NCBI GenBank assembly: GCA_964648715.1 | Contig: CAZYNM010000007.1 | Coordinates: 1,436 to 65,435, forward strand | Direction: 5' to 3' | From: an uncultured Pseudomonadales bacterium | GTDB lineage: Bacteria; Patescibacteriota; Microgenomatia; UBA1400; PJMF01 | Length of the DNA stretch: 64,000 bases | Part shown: positions 27,131 to 37,421 of the stretch, in pieces | Position numbering within the stretch: the first letter of the stretch is position 1 | How the letters are laid out: the number at the start of each line of letters is the position of its first letter | Made by a program: the position numbers and the translations under genes | The notes under the pieces: generated by a model | The model's input: the letters and a program-made list of their open reading frames with translations, nothing else | The model's database searches: none | What the model was told of the DNA's origin: nothing

Positions 27131-28984
27131 TTATTTCACGACTCGTAGTCGTTCTGCTTCGTAGACTGTCTCTCGAGCAATCTGTACCGCTTGCGACTTT
27201 ACTACAATACCATGATAGCCAAGTTTGACTGCTGTTACCACTAGTTCTTGATTGAATGACTCAAGATGAAGATTGAGTTTAAGGGGCGCATGCACTCGCA
27301 GTGTATTAAGCCGCTGTACTGAAGCGCTGAGTCTTGATAAGAGCGATTCAAGTGCTGTAGTATCACTTTGATAGTGTTCTGCGGTGCTCGGATTGTCTGG
27401 ATCACTGCCAGTAAGTAGCGCTTGTAATGAGGTCACGTTCACCGATATGCCTGCTAGTTTATGAGTAGGATAGGCCTCAATATTTAAGATGTTTTCGGGG
27501 GTATTGGCCTGAAGCCATACTGAAACATGCGTATGTGCTAGAAGACCTGATCGTTCAATTTTGAGCATCAGTGCGGACAGTTCCTGAGGGTGGCGGACAA
27601 ACGGTAGGAGGTACCCAAGGGCTGCTTGTGATCGAGTGGCAACGGTAGCAAGTGCCATGAGTTCACACTGCAAAAGTGCGTCATCAGCAAGCAAGCGTAA
27701 CCCACCACGCAATCCAAGGTACGGATTTTCTTCTTCGTTCTCAAAGGTGTTCGCGTACTTCAAGCGAGTCAGTTCGGCTGATGTGCAGTTGAGTGATCGA
27801 AATAACACAGGTTTAAAGGGCACCATTTCTTGGTATTGCGTAATAGTGTGGGTAAGCGCGTGAACCACTGCCGCTTCCTTGCCCGCCCGTACTAAATGTA
27901 GAGGGTGCACCCCAAAAGTAAAGTACGTGTATTCGCTACGTAAGACACCTATGCCATCAAAGCCACTACCCTGGAAAGGGCGTTTCTGCGGATTACCTGC
28001 AGAAATATAGACTTGTGTGATGGTTTTTTTGTGACTGGGCACTAGTGTGTGATCATCTTCATCTTCAATAACTTCTGTAACCCATAATCCTTGTGAACCC
28101 AATTCCCACTGAATTTTGTGGTGAAAGAGATTTTTTTGCTTTATGCTCTGCCCTACTTGTGCAATTGCCACAGCTTGTTCATCACTGAGACAGGGGTAGC
28201 TTTCATATTTATTGGGTACGGCAGTACGCAACAATTTCTCTGCTGTGCGCTCGTAACGGTGTTTTTTTTGAACTGCCGCTTTGTGAACTACTTGCCAGGT
28301 GCGCACATCAACCTGGTAGGTATCAGCTGCTGTTTCAAACAGTGTGGGGTCTGGGCTGCCCCAGATAGCTGTGAGTGTGATAGCTGGTGCTGCTGCACTG
28401 GTGTGTGATGTGCGGATAAAACCAGATACAACAGGCTGCATCTGCTCCTCAACAATCAGAGGGACTTGTGTAATAGTTGCTAATGATGGTCGATCAGCGT
28501 GATGAATAAGTGCTTGAGCTACGGTGCCCCAAGCTTTTTTAAATGACTCAATGCAATTACTGTCTCCTTGAATCTCGCTAAATTGAGTGCCAGCATATCC
28601 CGGTACATGTTCGCCTGGTACAATTCGGCAAAAGCCTGCAGTAAATAAATGGGCATATGCACGATGAATTTCTACGGTAAACCATTCAGGGAGCATACAG
28701 TATTCAAGTGATTGCTGAATATGTGTGAGAATAGTTGCTCGCTCTGCTGCATGTGCTTGCTGAAGTGCAGCGAGGAGCTTGCCAAGTGAATGCTCAAGAT
28801 GCGATTCTCGAACAATGCGAGCCAGTGTCTCGCGAGGTATTGCGAATTGTTCAGGGAGAGGTACTCCCAGTGCGCTTAAGCGTGTCCGCTCCAGTGCACG
28901 AGACCCAATACTTGATCGAGCATGTTGAGAAAACGCTGACAAAGGAACAAGAACCGGGCAGGCCATACAATAATCATACCGCAC
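27131..28984 (-). CDS. PEP-utilizing enzyme family protein (PEP synthase / pyruvate phosphate dikinase-like)
   Basis: N-terminal PPDK_N-like ATP-grasp region (LSALGVPLPEQFAIP) and C-terminal PEP-utilizer TIM-barrel motifs (GIGVLRSEYTYF, ENPYLGLRGG). At 617 aa it is shorter than PpsA/PPDK; a central phosphohistidine domain was not recognised. Confidence 0.55.
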   Translation of the reverse strand: MRYDYCMACPVLVPLSAFSQHARSSIGSRALERTRLSALGVPLPEQFAIPRETLARIVRESHLEHSLGKLLAALQQAHAAERATILTHIQQSLEYCMLPEWFTVEIHRAYAHLFTAGFCRIVPGEHVPGYAGTQFSEIQGDSNCIESFKKAWGTVAQALIHHADRPSLATITQVPLIVEEQMQPVVSGFIRTSHTSAAAPAITLTAIWGSPDPTLFETAADTYQVDVRTWQVVHKAAVQKKHRYERTAEKLLRTAVPNKYESYPCLSDEQAVAIAQVGQSIKQKNLFHHKIQWELGSQGLWVTEVIEDEDDHTLVPSHKKTITQVYISAGNPQKRPFQGSGFDGIGVLRSEYTYFTFGVHPLHLVRAGKEAAVVHALTHTITQYQEMVPFKPVLFRSLNCTSAELTRLKYANTFENEEENPYLGLRGGLRLLADDALLQCELMALATVATRSQAALGYLLPFVRHPQELSALMLKIERSGLLAHTHVSVWLQANTPENILNIEAYPTHKLAGISVNVTSLQALLTGSDPDNPSTAEHYQSDTTALESLLSRLSASVQRLNTLRVHAPLKLNLHLESFNQELVVTAVKLGYHGIVVKSQAVQIARETVYEAERLRVVK

Positions 28985-29088
28985 TCTGTGTCACGAGACT
29001 AGCGTGAGGTACTAATTGTCATCATCAATACCAGCATTTATTTCTGACACAAAGTGTGGCCCTTTGGAGTAAAATGCTTACTCTCTCG

Positions 29089-30171
29089 TTACTTTGCTTT
29101 CTTGAGCTCATTCTTGAACCAATCCACCCATGGGATGGGGGCTGGGTCAATGTTGTGGAGCATAGACAAATAAAACGAGACGTATGCTCCAAAAGTAAGC
29201 ATCTCAAATGCTTGCTCAAGCTTGCTTGCCGTTTTGAGCTCAAGTGTGCGGAACTCTATGTTGTTTTTTTCCAGAACTTGTTCTGTTAGTGAGACACGCA
29301 GTTTGTTGTTGGCACCATACAAGTCTGAGTGCACCATAAAGAACAGTAGCGCATCATCTGTTTGCTCGGGGAAACGTAACCCTTCCATCAGGTGATGATT
29401 AATCTCAGGTATGACGCGGTACTCTGAATATGTCTTGGAGTTTTCATTGAGCTGATTGGCAAAGACGTGCCCCACTCCTTCTAGGTGCTGTGCCACGGTG
29501 ACCACAGGAATGCGAGTCGCAAACTCAAAAGCCAGTATTTTGGCTGGATTTGTTTCTGAATGTATGTTCATGCCGGACAGGAGGTGTGCTTGGGCAATTG
29601 CGTCAAGGACTTTGGTGTAAATGCCTTCATCAACCGTCAGCAGTCCACATTGCGCAAAAAGTGCGATCTGGCCAAAGATGGAGTAGCCCAAACCCATACG
29701 TGGTTGGTTTGAAGGGTTGTAGATAGGATCAAACGTCAAGACTGGGTACCCATGCGACTTCAGAAGCTCTGCCAGCTTACCGCCAGAAGTGATGCCAGTA
29801 ATCTTAGCACCCTTAGAAATGGCATCTTGAGTAGCAGCTAGGGTTTCTTCTGTAGATCCAGAATAGCTGGAGGCAATCACTAGCGTGTTGTTGTCCACAA
29901 ACTGTGGCATGTCATAATCGGGCACAATAGTCACCGGGACTTTGAGCTCTTCTTTAAAAACAGTTTGGATCACATGCGTGCCCAGTGCTGAACCGCCCAT
30001 CCCTGCTACCACTACGTTGGTTACCTCTTTATAAGAAGGATCAATGGTGAGCTTTTTTGCAGTTTCCCAAATTTGTTGCACTTGGCTACCGAGTTGCTCA
30101 ATGGAGAGCAATACTTGGCTTTTATCTAGCACGGCAATTTGCTCGCGTGAGTTAAGAATACTGTCTGACAT
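29089..30171 (-). CDS. Bifunctional phosphoglucose/phosphomannose isomerase (SIS-domain, archaeal-type PGI/PMI)
   Basis: VVVAGMGGSALGTHVIQ SIS motif; two SIS-like halves. Start at MSDSIL. Confidence 0.75.
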   Translation of the reverse strand: MSDSILNSREQIAVLDKSQVLLSIEQLGSQVQQIWETAKKLTIDPSYKEVTNVVVAGMGGSALGTHVIQTVFKEELKVPVTIVPDYDMPQFVDNNTLVIASSYSGSTEETLAATQDAISKGAKITGITSGGKLAELLKSHGYPVLTFDPIYNPSNQPRMGLGYSIFGQIALFAQCGLLTVDEGIYTKVLDAIAQAHLLSGMNIHSETNPAKILAFEFATRIPVVTVAQHLEGVGHVFANQLNENSKTYSEYRVIPEINHHLMEGLRFPEQTDDALLFFMVHSDLYGANNKLRVSLTEQVLEKNNIEFRTLELKTASKLEQAFEMLTFGAYVSFYLSMLHNIDPAPIPWVDWFKNELKKAK

Positions 30172-30190
30172 AGTTTCCTTTCTGCTCGCG

Positions 30191-31552
30191 TTATGCGAGA
30201 TCCTTCCGTATAAGTCCAAGCACCTCATCTCGCTTTTCTTCCATTTTTGCTTGTGTTGTTGCCTCGAGGTTTAAGCGCACCAATGGTTCAGTATTGGATG
30301 TTCGCACGTTGCAACTCCAGTCGGGGAAGATCACGGACACACCATCTACCTTCAGAATCTGTTGGGCTGTGGAGCCATAGGTTTCTTCTATACGTTGGAG
30401 GACAGTTTTACCATCAACACCTTTGGTATTTATTTCTCCAGAAATAAAGTAGACTCTGCCCAAGTCATCAAGGAGCTCATCAAGACGTTTGCTGCCTTTG
30501 GATAACATGTCCATAAGGTATAGCATAGGTGCAAGTCCCGAATCACACAGGAAAAAGTCCTTGAAGTAGTAGTGACCAGTCACTTCACCAGCAAACACCG
30601 CTCCTTCATCTGACATGCGTTTTTTGATAAATGCGTGACCTACTCTGTTGTACAGTGGTTTGCCACCTTTCTTGGTAATAAGGTCTGGGACAGCGCGTGA
30701 TGCGCGGATGTCATACACAATGGGAGACCCAGGATACTTGTCCAGGAAGTACTCTGACAAGAGCGCAGTCATGAAGTCACCAGAAACGAATCTGCCTTTA
30801 GCATCGATACAGAAGAAGCGGTCTCCATCGGGGTCACAGGCAAAGCCCAGATCTGCTTTTTCAGTCACCACTCGCTGCATAAGCTCTTTGCGATTTTCTT
30901 CAATAAGTGGATCTCCACCGTGGTTGGGGAAGGTGCCATCTGGTTCAAAGTACATTGGTATCATTGTAACTTGAGGAATGTGCTTGAATAATGCTGTAGC
31001 GGATGGTCCTACCATACCGTTGGCTGTATCAATGAGTACTTTCATAGGTTTAATAGAGGTGACATCAACGAGTGAAAGTATTTTTTCGATAAATCCATCC
31101 ATAATGCTCCACTGCTCTACCGTCCCTGGGATAGCAGCTTTGGCGGGGAACTCATCTTTTTCGATAACCATGCGAATGTCTTGAATGCCTTCGTCGCCTG
31201 ATAAGAGGTAGGGAATTTTTCTCACCATTTTGAAGCCGTTATACTCGGCAGGATTATGACTTGCAGTAATCATGATGCCTGGTAAACCTTTGAGCGCGCA
31301 TGCGTAGTAGTACATGTCAGTAGACACCATGCCAACATCAATGACGTTTACACCTGCATCAGTGAGCCCTTTGATGACATTCTCATGAAGTTGAGGGCTG
31401 GAGACACGTGCGTCTCGACCCACCACCACTGTACTTGGCTTCAAGACAGTACTAAAGCCTTGACCAACAACATAGGCGGTTTCATCAAAGAGATTTTTAC
31501 CATAGACACCACGTATGTCGTACGCCTTAAAGATGGAAGGATCAACGATCAT
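30191..31552 (-). CDS. Phosphoglucomutase/phosphomannomutase family protein
   Basis: YDIRGVYGKNL..., active-site TASHNPAEYNGFK, and GDPDGDR-like DPDGDR motif. Start at MIVDPS. Confidence 0.9.
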   Translation of the reverse strand: MIVDPSIFKAYDIRGVYGKNLFDETAYVVGQGFSTVLKPSTVVVGRDARVSSPQLHENVIKGLTDAGVNVIDVGMVSTDMYYYACALKGLPGIMITASHNPAEYNGFKMVRKIPYLLSGDEGIQDIRMVIEKDEFPAKAAIPGTVEQWSIMDGFIEKILSLVDVTSIKPMKVLIDTANGMVGPSATALFKHIPQVTMIPMYFEPDGTFPNHGGDPLIEENRKELMQRVVTEKADLGFACDPDGDRFFCIDAKGRFVSGDFMTALLSEYFLDKYPGSPIVYDIRASRAVPDLITKKGGKPLYNRVGHAFIKKRMSDEGAVFAGEVTGHYYFKDFFLCDSGLAPMLYLMDMLSKGSKRLDELLDDLGRVYFISGEINTKGVDGKTVLQRIEETYGSTAQQILKVDGVSVIFPDWSCNVRTSNTEPLVRLNLEATTQAKMEEKRDEVLGLIRKDLA

Positions 31553-31611
31553 AATTTCCTTTCTTAATAACTCTGTACAAAAGTATGACAAAGTATGATA
31601 GCGCCTTTACT

Positions 31612-32292
31612 CTACAGCGACAAGAAAAAAAGGTCAAGCTGTTGTTCAAGGGTCAGGGCTGATCGACTTTGCTTCTCTGCTAAATCTATCTCAAGAAGAC
31701 GAGCATGGAGTGCAGTTAATGTAGGGAGAGAAAAAAACTGTGCTTGTTTCTTGAGTTTGGCAATCATAAACGGTGCTCCCTTTAGTGTACCATCATCATG
31801 AGCAGCAATGAGCATGCGTATTTGCCGACACAGCATGGCAAAAAGGAAGTGAGCACCATCCTGGGCATACACTTGGTGGGCTGCAACAAGACACTCAGCT
31901 GGTGAGCAAAATGTCCCAAGCTTTTCCACAAACGCAAAGAGTTTCTTACTGAGAGGAAACGCAAACACCTGAGCTTTGGCGAAGGGCTTGAGCATGGTGG
32001 CGGTGAGCTCTCTTTTTTCCCATATGATGCAGTCTTTCTCGCTAGCTGCTATGCACTCAATGAGTGCAGTTTTTTGCTTTGAAGGTTGCAAACTATGCAG
32101 CTCCTCTATGACAATCACTTCTTGATCCTCAAACAGGGATGTACGCTGCAATAGCTCTTGGAGTGTGCTGAGCGTGAGTTCTTTGGCGTGAATAGTAACA
32201 CTCCGCACCCCTTTGGCAGTATAGGAGGTCTTAACTTCAACAAGTTTTTGCCGTGAGTGGGTAAGCTGTTCACCGTGTATGACTGTAAGCAT
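31612..32292 (-). CDS. holA: DNA polymerase III delta subunit (HolA)-like
   Basis: MLTVIHGEQ... start typical of delta subunits; ~226 aa helical. Low-similarity call. Confidence 0.5.
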   Translation of the reverse strand: MLTVIHGEQLTHSRQKLVEVKTSYTAKGVRSVTIHAKELTLSTLQELLQRTSLFEDQEVIVIEELHSLQPSKQKTALIECIAASEKDCIIWEKRELTATMLKPFAKAQVFAFPLSKKLFAFVEKLGTFCSPAECLVAAHQVYAQDGAHFLFAMLCRQIRMLIAAHDDGTLKGAPFMIAKLKKQAQFFSLPTLTALHARLLEIDLAEKQSRSALTLEQQLDLFFLSL

Positions 32293-32297
32293 GTGCC

Positions 32298-32969
32298 TTA
32301 GTATAGCGTACCGCCAAAGCGTTTGAACCACAGCCGGTGCATGAGATAGTCGGGACAGTACTGCTCTACCAAAGACCAGAAACGCGTTGAGTGGTTCATG
32401 TGGATCCTATGTGCAAGCTCGTGGATGACCACATAGTCTATATGGTCTGGTGATGCGTGGACGAGTCGCCAATTAAAGTTCAAGTTCCCCTGACTGCTAC
32501 AGCTGCCCCACCGTGTATCTTGTTCGCGCAGCGTGATTGTTCCATACGATACATGCATGACCTCAGCGTACTGTTTAACTCGATGCATGAGGTACACGCG
32601 AGCAGTTTTTTTGAGGAATGATGTTATTTTGTTGTCATATGCTTTTTGCCAAGTCTGATCATGTGTTGCCTCTGGCATATTACAGATAAGTGAGCTGCCC
32701 TGAATAAATACGCCTAAAGGTGCCTGAGAGTCATACTGAGCCTTTTTGTCATACTCTTTGCCAAATATGAGTACGCTCAATTGGTTGGGTGCACGCGCGG
32801 CACGACTTTGAAGTTGACCAGTGATCCATTCAGTGTGTTGTTCTACAAATCGTTTGACTATGAACGATGGTACCCAGGGAGGTGAAGTGACCACAACCTC
32901 GCCTATACGATTCACCTTTACGGTAAGACGCAGAGAGCGGGAACTAGTGACATGTTTGTACTCGATCAT
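32298..32969 (-). CDS. DUF45/YgjP-like (M48/SprT-like) HExxH metal hydrolase
   Basis: C-terminal DYVVIHELAHRIHMNHSTRFW (HExxH...H) is typical of YgjP/DUF45. Start at MIEYKHV; the longer listed ORF would run across tRNA-Leu. Confidence 0.7.
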   Translation of the reverse strand: MIEYKHVTSSRSLRLTVKVNRIGEVVVTSPPWVPSFIVKRFVEQHTEWITGQLQSRAARAPNQLSVLIFGKEYDKKAQYDSQAPLGVFIQGSSLICNMPEATHDQTWQKAYDNKITSFLKKTARVYLMHRVKQYAEVMHVSYGTITLREQDTRWGSCSSQGNLNFNWRLVHASPDHIDYVVIHELAHRIHMNHSTRFWSLVEQYCPDYLMHRLWFKRFGGTLY

Positions 32970-33004
32970 GTTGGTTCTTCTAGTGTACAATACGCTGGCT
33001 ACGT

Positions 33005-33091
33005 GCCGAGGTGCTGAAATTGGTAGACAGGCTGGACTTAGAATCCAGTGCCCCTCAACAAGGCGTGCAGGTTCGATTCCTGTCCTCGGCA
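33005..33091 (+). tRNA. tRNA-Leu(TAG)
   Basis: Acceptor GCCGAGG/CCTCGGC, anticodon stem CTGGA/TCCAG with loop CTTAGAA, long variable arm, T-loop TTCGATT, discriminator A. 87 nt, no CCA encoded. Confidence 0.85.
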
Positions 33092-33127
33092 CTCGGTAAG
33101 TAAAATAGATACAGGAAAGGTATCGAC

Positions 33128-33403
33128 ATGACTGAGTTAGCACGAAGTGTAGGTACAGATGCACAAGTATCACCAGAACTGACAAGAGTTGCTCAGGAGT
33201 TATTGGCCATACCAGGCCTATGGGATATGCTTGTTACCCTTATGGAACAGCCCACTGAAGAGAACGCTCTTATACACAGAAATGACACGACTGGAGAATT
33301 GCATGTGGAACCAGTCTCAGACCATCTCCTCGTGCCAGAAGCAGCACTGCATTTCATGAATTATCCATATAATGTGTCTGATCTAGAGGAAGTAGCTGAG
33401 TAA
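33128..33403 (+). CDS. Hypothetical small acidic protein (91 aa)
   Basis: ORF followed by a clear intrinsic terminator; no motif recognised. Confidence 0.4.
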   Translation: MTELARSVGTDAQVSPELTRVAQELLAIPGLWDMLVTLMEQPTEENALIHRNDTTGELHVEPVSDHLLVPEAALHFMNYPYNVSDLEEVAE

Positions 33404-33413
33404 GCACAAAAAA

Positions 33414-33442
33414 ATCCTGCCAGATGTGCAGGATTCTTTTGT
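33414..33442 (+). terminator. Rho-independent terminator hairpin
   Basis: ATCCTGCcagatgtGCAGGAT stem-loop followed by TCTTTTGTCTC, 10 nt after the 33128..33403 stop. Confidence 0.6.
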
Positions 33443-33548
33443 CTCAAGACGGCATTCCGGTGAGGAGATGTCCTCCTGAGGTATTGTTACTATATCAAAT
33501 TATTATAAGACTGTCAATAGTGAACAGAATATATCAGTATACAAACAA

Positions 33549-34235
33549 CTAGCGCTCAATAAATTCAAGTAGGTTAGCATCAGTCTTCTTTTCTTTTCCT
33601 AGCTTGCGATCATCATAGCGCATCTCCGCCATAAACTGGTTTACCGCAGAGGCCCAGCTTCCATCACGCTGTGCACTTGAGGGATTGTACTTGGACTCGA
33701 TGAGTTCAGTGGTCGTCAGGCCTTTATCAATGTAGTTCTCTTTAAGAATCTTAGCAGCAGCAGTAAAGTTGTCTCGGTATGTTTCAAATCCCCAAGTGCC
33801 ACGTTTATGTATGCCAAGACCCAAGCAGTTATGAGAACCCTCAGGCACAACTTTACACAAGTTGCTCTCTTGCATAGCTATGGCAGGCAGTAGGCGGAAA
33901 TCCATCTGATTTGTGTCAGCGAGTTCTACCAAAAACTGTGCAAATTGTGGATCCTCTTTCAAAATAGGTGAGTTGTATCTGGTAAGAAAGTTATGTACAA
34001 GAGGAACACGCGCATCTGCGCTTTCGAGTTGCATAGTTATTTCTTTGGGAAGGCTAGGTGCAGTGCTTCTCTTTTGTGTTAGGCGGTGAGCCGTCTGTGC
34101 ACCAAATGCTACTTGGGAAAGCGATTGCTGCGTGCTGAGCGCGTACCCATACAGGATAAACCAGAATGCCACGGCTCCGGTTAAGAAAAACCACAAACAC
34201 GCAAACTGGAGAAAGATTAGCTTCTTTTTGAACAC
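33549..34235 (-). CDS. Membrane-anchored protein with lytic-transglycosylase (SLT)-like motif
   Basis: N-terminal TM helix; LPAIAMQESNLCKVVPEGSHNCLGLGI resembles the SLT ES...GLMQ catalytic region. Low-similarity call. Confidence 0.35.
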   Translation of the reverse strand: MFKKKLIFLQFACLWFFLTGAVAFWFILYGYALSTQQSLSQVAFGAQTAHRLTQKRSTAPSLPKEITMQLESADARVPLVHNFLTRYNSPILKEDPQFAQFLVELADTNQMDFRLLPAIAMQESNLCKVVPEGSHNCLGLGIHKRGTWGFETYRDNFTAAAKILKENYIDKGLTTTELIESKYNPSSAQRDGSWASAVNQFMAEMRYDDRKLGKEKKTDANLLEFIER

Positions 34236-34306
34236 GCGTGCATCATTGTACCAGACGTCTTTTGACTGGACAAAACAGTCTTTCTTTGATATCCTATAAG
34301 TGTACG

Positions 34307-35296
34307 ATGAAATATATTTTTACTCTAATCATCGCGTTTTTGTTACTACTCATAGAGAGCGGGGAGCGTGTCATGGCCTCCGAGCCCACCAGCGTCATTG
34401 GTGTACACATATTGAATACAGGAGAGTTAGGAGAAGCAAAAGAACTTATTACTGTTGACCATGCTGACACATGGCAATATGTAACCATTCCTTTTACTTT
34501 GGCGGACATCGAAAAGAAAGATGAGTGGCAGACGTTTTTTGATTCAGCAAAAGTGCATAAAATTATCCCCCTTGTTCGCCTAGCTACTCGATTTGACGAT
34601 GGCTCCTGGTCTGTTCCTACCCGCAAAGATCTTGTGCATCTTATTACCGCACTCAATACGTTATCATGGCCCACTGATGCCCATCACATCATTATTTTTA
34701 ATGAAGTCAATCACGCCAAAGAATGGGGGGGGCGTATAGATCCTGCGCAATATGCTGATACATTGAGGTTCTCTATAGATTGGGCGAAAAGTGAAAATAG
34801 TAATTTTGTTGTGTTACCAGCGGCGCTTGATTTGGCAGCACCCAATGGCACACAAACACGAGAAGCATTTACATATCTTGAACAACTTCACGCAGCAGAC
34901 CCAGATGTTTTGGGTCGTATAGACGGATGGAACTCACACTCATACCCCAACCCAGGTTTCTCTGCTTCTCCACTTAAGACAGGAAAAAATTCTCTCCGTG
35001 GGTATCAATATGAATTAGCCTTTTTGGAGAAGCACGGTTATCCAGTAAAACCTGTCTATATCACCGAAACAGGCTGGGAAGAAAGTCGGTACACCCGTCA
35101 GGCATTGGTGGCATACTACGAATATGCGCTCAAATATATCTGGTCTGATCCACGCATCAAGGCAGTGACGCCATTTGTGCTACGGGGCGCGCCTGGCCCA
35201 TTTGCTGGTTTTAGTTTTGTTGATCAATCTGGTGCCCCGACTCGGCAGTATCAAGCTCTGCGTACCGCACTGAGTCGCCTGGGAAAATCATCCTAG
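34307..35296 (+). CDS. Secreted clan GH-A (TIM-barrel) glycoside hydrolase, cellulase/mannanase-like
   Basis: Signal peptide from MKYIFTLIIAFLLLL. IIIFNEVNH (NEP-type acid/base) and VYITETGWEE (nucleophile Glu) signatures. Confidence 0.65.
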   Translation: MKYIFTLIIAFLLLLIESGERVMASEPTSVIGVHILNTGELGEAKELITVDHADTWQYVTIPFTLADIEKKDEWQTFFDSAKVHKIIPLVRLATRFDDGSWSVPTRKDLVHLITALNTLSWPTDAHHIIIFNEVNHAKEWGGRIDPAQYADTLRFSIDWAKSENSNFVVLPAALDLAAPNGTQTREAFTYLEQLHAADPDVLGRIDGWNSHSYPNPGFSASPLKTGKNSLRGYQYELAFLEKHGYPVKPVYITETGWEESRYTRQALVAYYEYALKYIWSDPRIKAVTPFVLRGAPGPFAGFSFVDQSGAPTRQYQALRTALSRLGKSS

Positions 35297-35336
35297 AAAG
35301 CTCCACTTGTACCGATGAATACGTTTCCAGTATACT

Positions 35337-35963
35337 GTGCGGATTATGCACTTTGATTTACTTGAGTTACTCCGTTCTCTTGGACCACTGGCAACTGTTG
35401 CAACAATTGGCATTGTTTTTGCAGAGTCAGGTTTGTTCTTTGGTTTTTTTCTACCTGGAGACAGTTTATTGTTTACCGCTGGAGTACTTGCCAGTCAAGG
35501 CTTTATGAACATCTACCTGTTGACCATTGGGTGTTTCATTGCTGCTGTGTTGGGCGATTCGGTAGGGTACTGGTTTGGGCATCACTACGGTCGTAAACTC
35601 TTTACTCGCAATGATTCGTTCTTTTTCAACAAGGATCACCTGTTGAAAGCTGAGCAGTTTTATGAAAAACATGGTAAAAAAACCATCATTTTAGCTCGAT
35701 TTGTACCAGCTGTTCGTACGTTTGCCCCTATAGTAGCCGGCATGGCAAATATGCACTACGATACCTTCTTAAGTTATAACGTGGTTGGTGGATTTTTATG
35801 GACAGTAGGTATGACTGTAGGTGGTTACTTCTTGGGCAGTCTTATCCCTGCTAGCAAAGTAGATCACTATTTGTTGCCCATAGTTGGCACGATTATCGTT
35901 TTATCGCTTATCCCTGCTGTGTGGCATGTTGTTCAAGAAAAATACAGCTCAAACAATAAGTAA
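35337..35963 (+). CDS. DedA family membrane protein
   Basis: VFAESGLFFGFFLPGDSLLFTAGVLAS is the canonical DedA/SNARE-associated motif. Confidence 0.85.
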   Translation: MRIMHFDLLELLRSLGPLATVATIGIVFAESGLFFGFFLPGDSLLFTAGVLASQGFMNIYLLTIGCFIAAVLGDSVGYWFGHHYGRKLFTRNDSFFFNKDHLLKAEQFYEKHGKKTIILARFVPAVRTFAPIVAGMANMHYDTFLSYNVVGGFLWTVGMTVGGYFLGSLIPASKVDHYLLPIVGTIIVLSLIPAVWHVVQEKYSSNNK

Positions 35964-36068
35964 CGCATACGCATGTGATATACTTGCATCATAGTAGAAG
36001 GGACTATGATGCATTTGCTTATTATTTTTCTACTTACTATACTCTTGCTGTATCGCTATTTCACTACT

Positions 36069-37418
36069 ATGAAGAAACGTATATCAAGTGTTCCTGTGTT
36101 TGTATTAATTGCCTTAGTTGGCGTGGCTGGCATTGTATTTGCACAAGCCAGTACGTTACTTACCGGTTATTTTGATACTCGATCTCGTGCATCAGAAACT
36201 GCTCTAGGTGCATTGGCGACGGTGCCAGCACAAGTGCTTGACTTGACTTCTTGGAAACTCACGCTGCCTCAAAACACCAGTCTCAACGGTGATCCCGATG
36301 AAATTAAGTATGTAACAGACAGTAATCAGCCTTCTTTGAAGGACTTTACTAGCCAGTATTTTAAAGTAGGACCGCAAGGAAGTGGGGTTGTTTTTAGGGC
36401 GCATGCTGGTGGTGCAACAACAGGAGGATCAAATTATCCTCGTTCAGAACTGCGAGAAATGTGGCCGTATTATCAATCAGCTGCTTGGTCAAACACTTCA
36501 GGAACACATAGCCTATTTGTAGAACAAGCAGTTACTGCACTGAATCTGGATCGTAAACACGTGGTGGTAGGTCAAATTCACGATGCAGATAGCTATGAGG
36601 TGTTCTATAGGTTAGAAGACAACAGGCTCTATATTCAATCAAAGAATACCGATTTTGAACAACTCGGTTCTTTGCCGCGCACCAAAAAGCGTCTCATTGA
36701 TGGTAATTACACGCTGGGTAAACGCTTTACTATAGAGTTTGTGTCTGCCCAAGGCAAAACAGACATGTATTACAATGGCGCACTGGTTGCTACCATGGTT
36801 CAGAACATTACTGGAGCTTACTTTAAAGCTGGAGCATACTTACAAGCATCTTGTACATATGCAGCAGACGGATGGGCAAAAGAACGCAACTGTGACAACT
36901 ATGCTGAGGTACAGATTACCGCACTCCAAGTTTGTCATTCTGGCGTTTGTAAAGGCAGTCGCACTGCTGCTGCACCTGTGCCTACTATTGCACCCAGTCC
37001 CACAGCTTCTGTCTCTCCTACCCTGACCCCGGCACCAACTATTTTTCCAACTCCTACGGTGAAACCGACAACAAGTCCTACTCCTCGTCCTACAACAACC
37101 GCATCTCCTTCTCCACAACCAAGTCCTATGACCGGTGCACCGGTGCTTCAGAGTCTTGAATCACCCAAAGACAGCAGAATTACTGTTACTTGGATGGGCA
37201 TTGCAGGTGCAAAAGAGTATCGTGTATACCTATCAAAGCCAGACCAAAATAGCAACTTTTATGTAGAAAATACTGTTGATGCAAAACGAGATACTGCAGT
37301 CTATACTCGCACTTTAGAAAAAAAGAGTAATAAGCGCTATTATGTGTACGTTACCGCTGTAGACCAAAACGGAAAAGAGTCTGCAGCAAGTGCCACACTC
37401 TCTGTGCTGGTAAAGTAG
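36069..37418 (+). CDS. Secreted polysaccharide lyase family 7 (alginate lyase 2-like) with Pro/Thr-rich linker and C-terminal FN3-like domain
   Basis: PL7 signatures RSELREMW, VGQIHD, YFKAGAYLQ; then PTIAPSPTASVSPTLTPAPTIFPTPTVKPTTSPTPRPTTT linker and a ~90-aa beta-rich tail. Start at MKKRISS (signal). Confidence 0.7.
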   Translation: MKKRISSVPVFVLIALVGVAGIVFAQASTLLTGYFDTRSRASETALGALATVPAQVLDLTSWKLTLPQNTSLNGDPDEIKYVTDSNQPSLKDFTSQYFKVGPQGSGVVFRAHAGGATTGGSNYPRSELREMWPYYQSAAWSNTSGTHSLFVEQAVTALNLDRKHVVVGQIHDADSYEVFYRLEDNRLYIQSKNTDFEQLGSLPRTKKRLIDGNYTLGKRFTIEFVSAQGKTDMYYNGALVATMVQNITGAYFKAGAYLQASCTYAADGWAKERNCDNYAEVQITALQVCHSGVCKGSRTAAAPVPTIAPSPTASVSPTLTPAPTIFPTPTVKPTTSPTPRPTTTASPSPQPSPMTGAPVLQSLESPKDSRITVTWMGIAGAKEYRVYLSKPDQNSNFYVENTVDAKRDTAVYTRTLEKKSNKRYYVYVTAVDQNGKESAASATLSVLVK

Positions 37419-37421
37419 AAA

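Noticed and set aside
33443-33548. Second hairpin AGGAG-ATGTC-CTCCT (about 33468..33482) as terminator for the minus-strand gene 33549..34235
   Set aside because: No T-tract follows it on the minus strand. It may be incidental or part of a bidirectional terminator; insufficient evidence.
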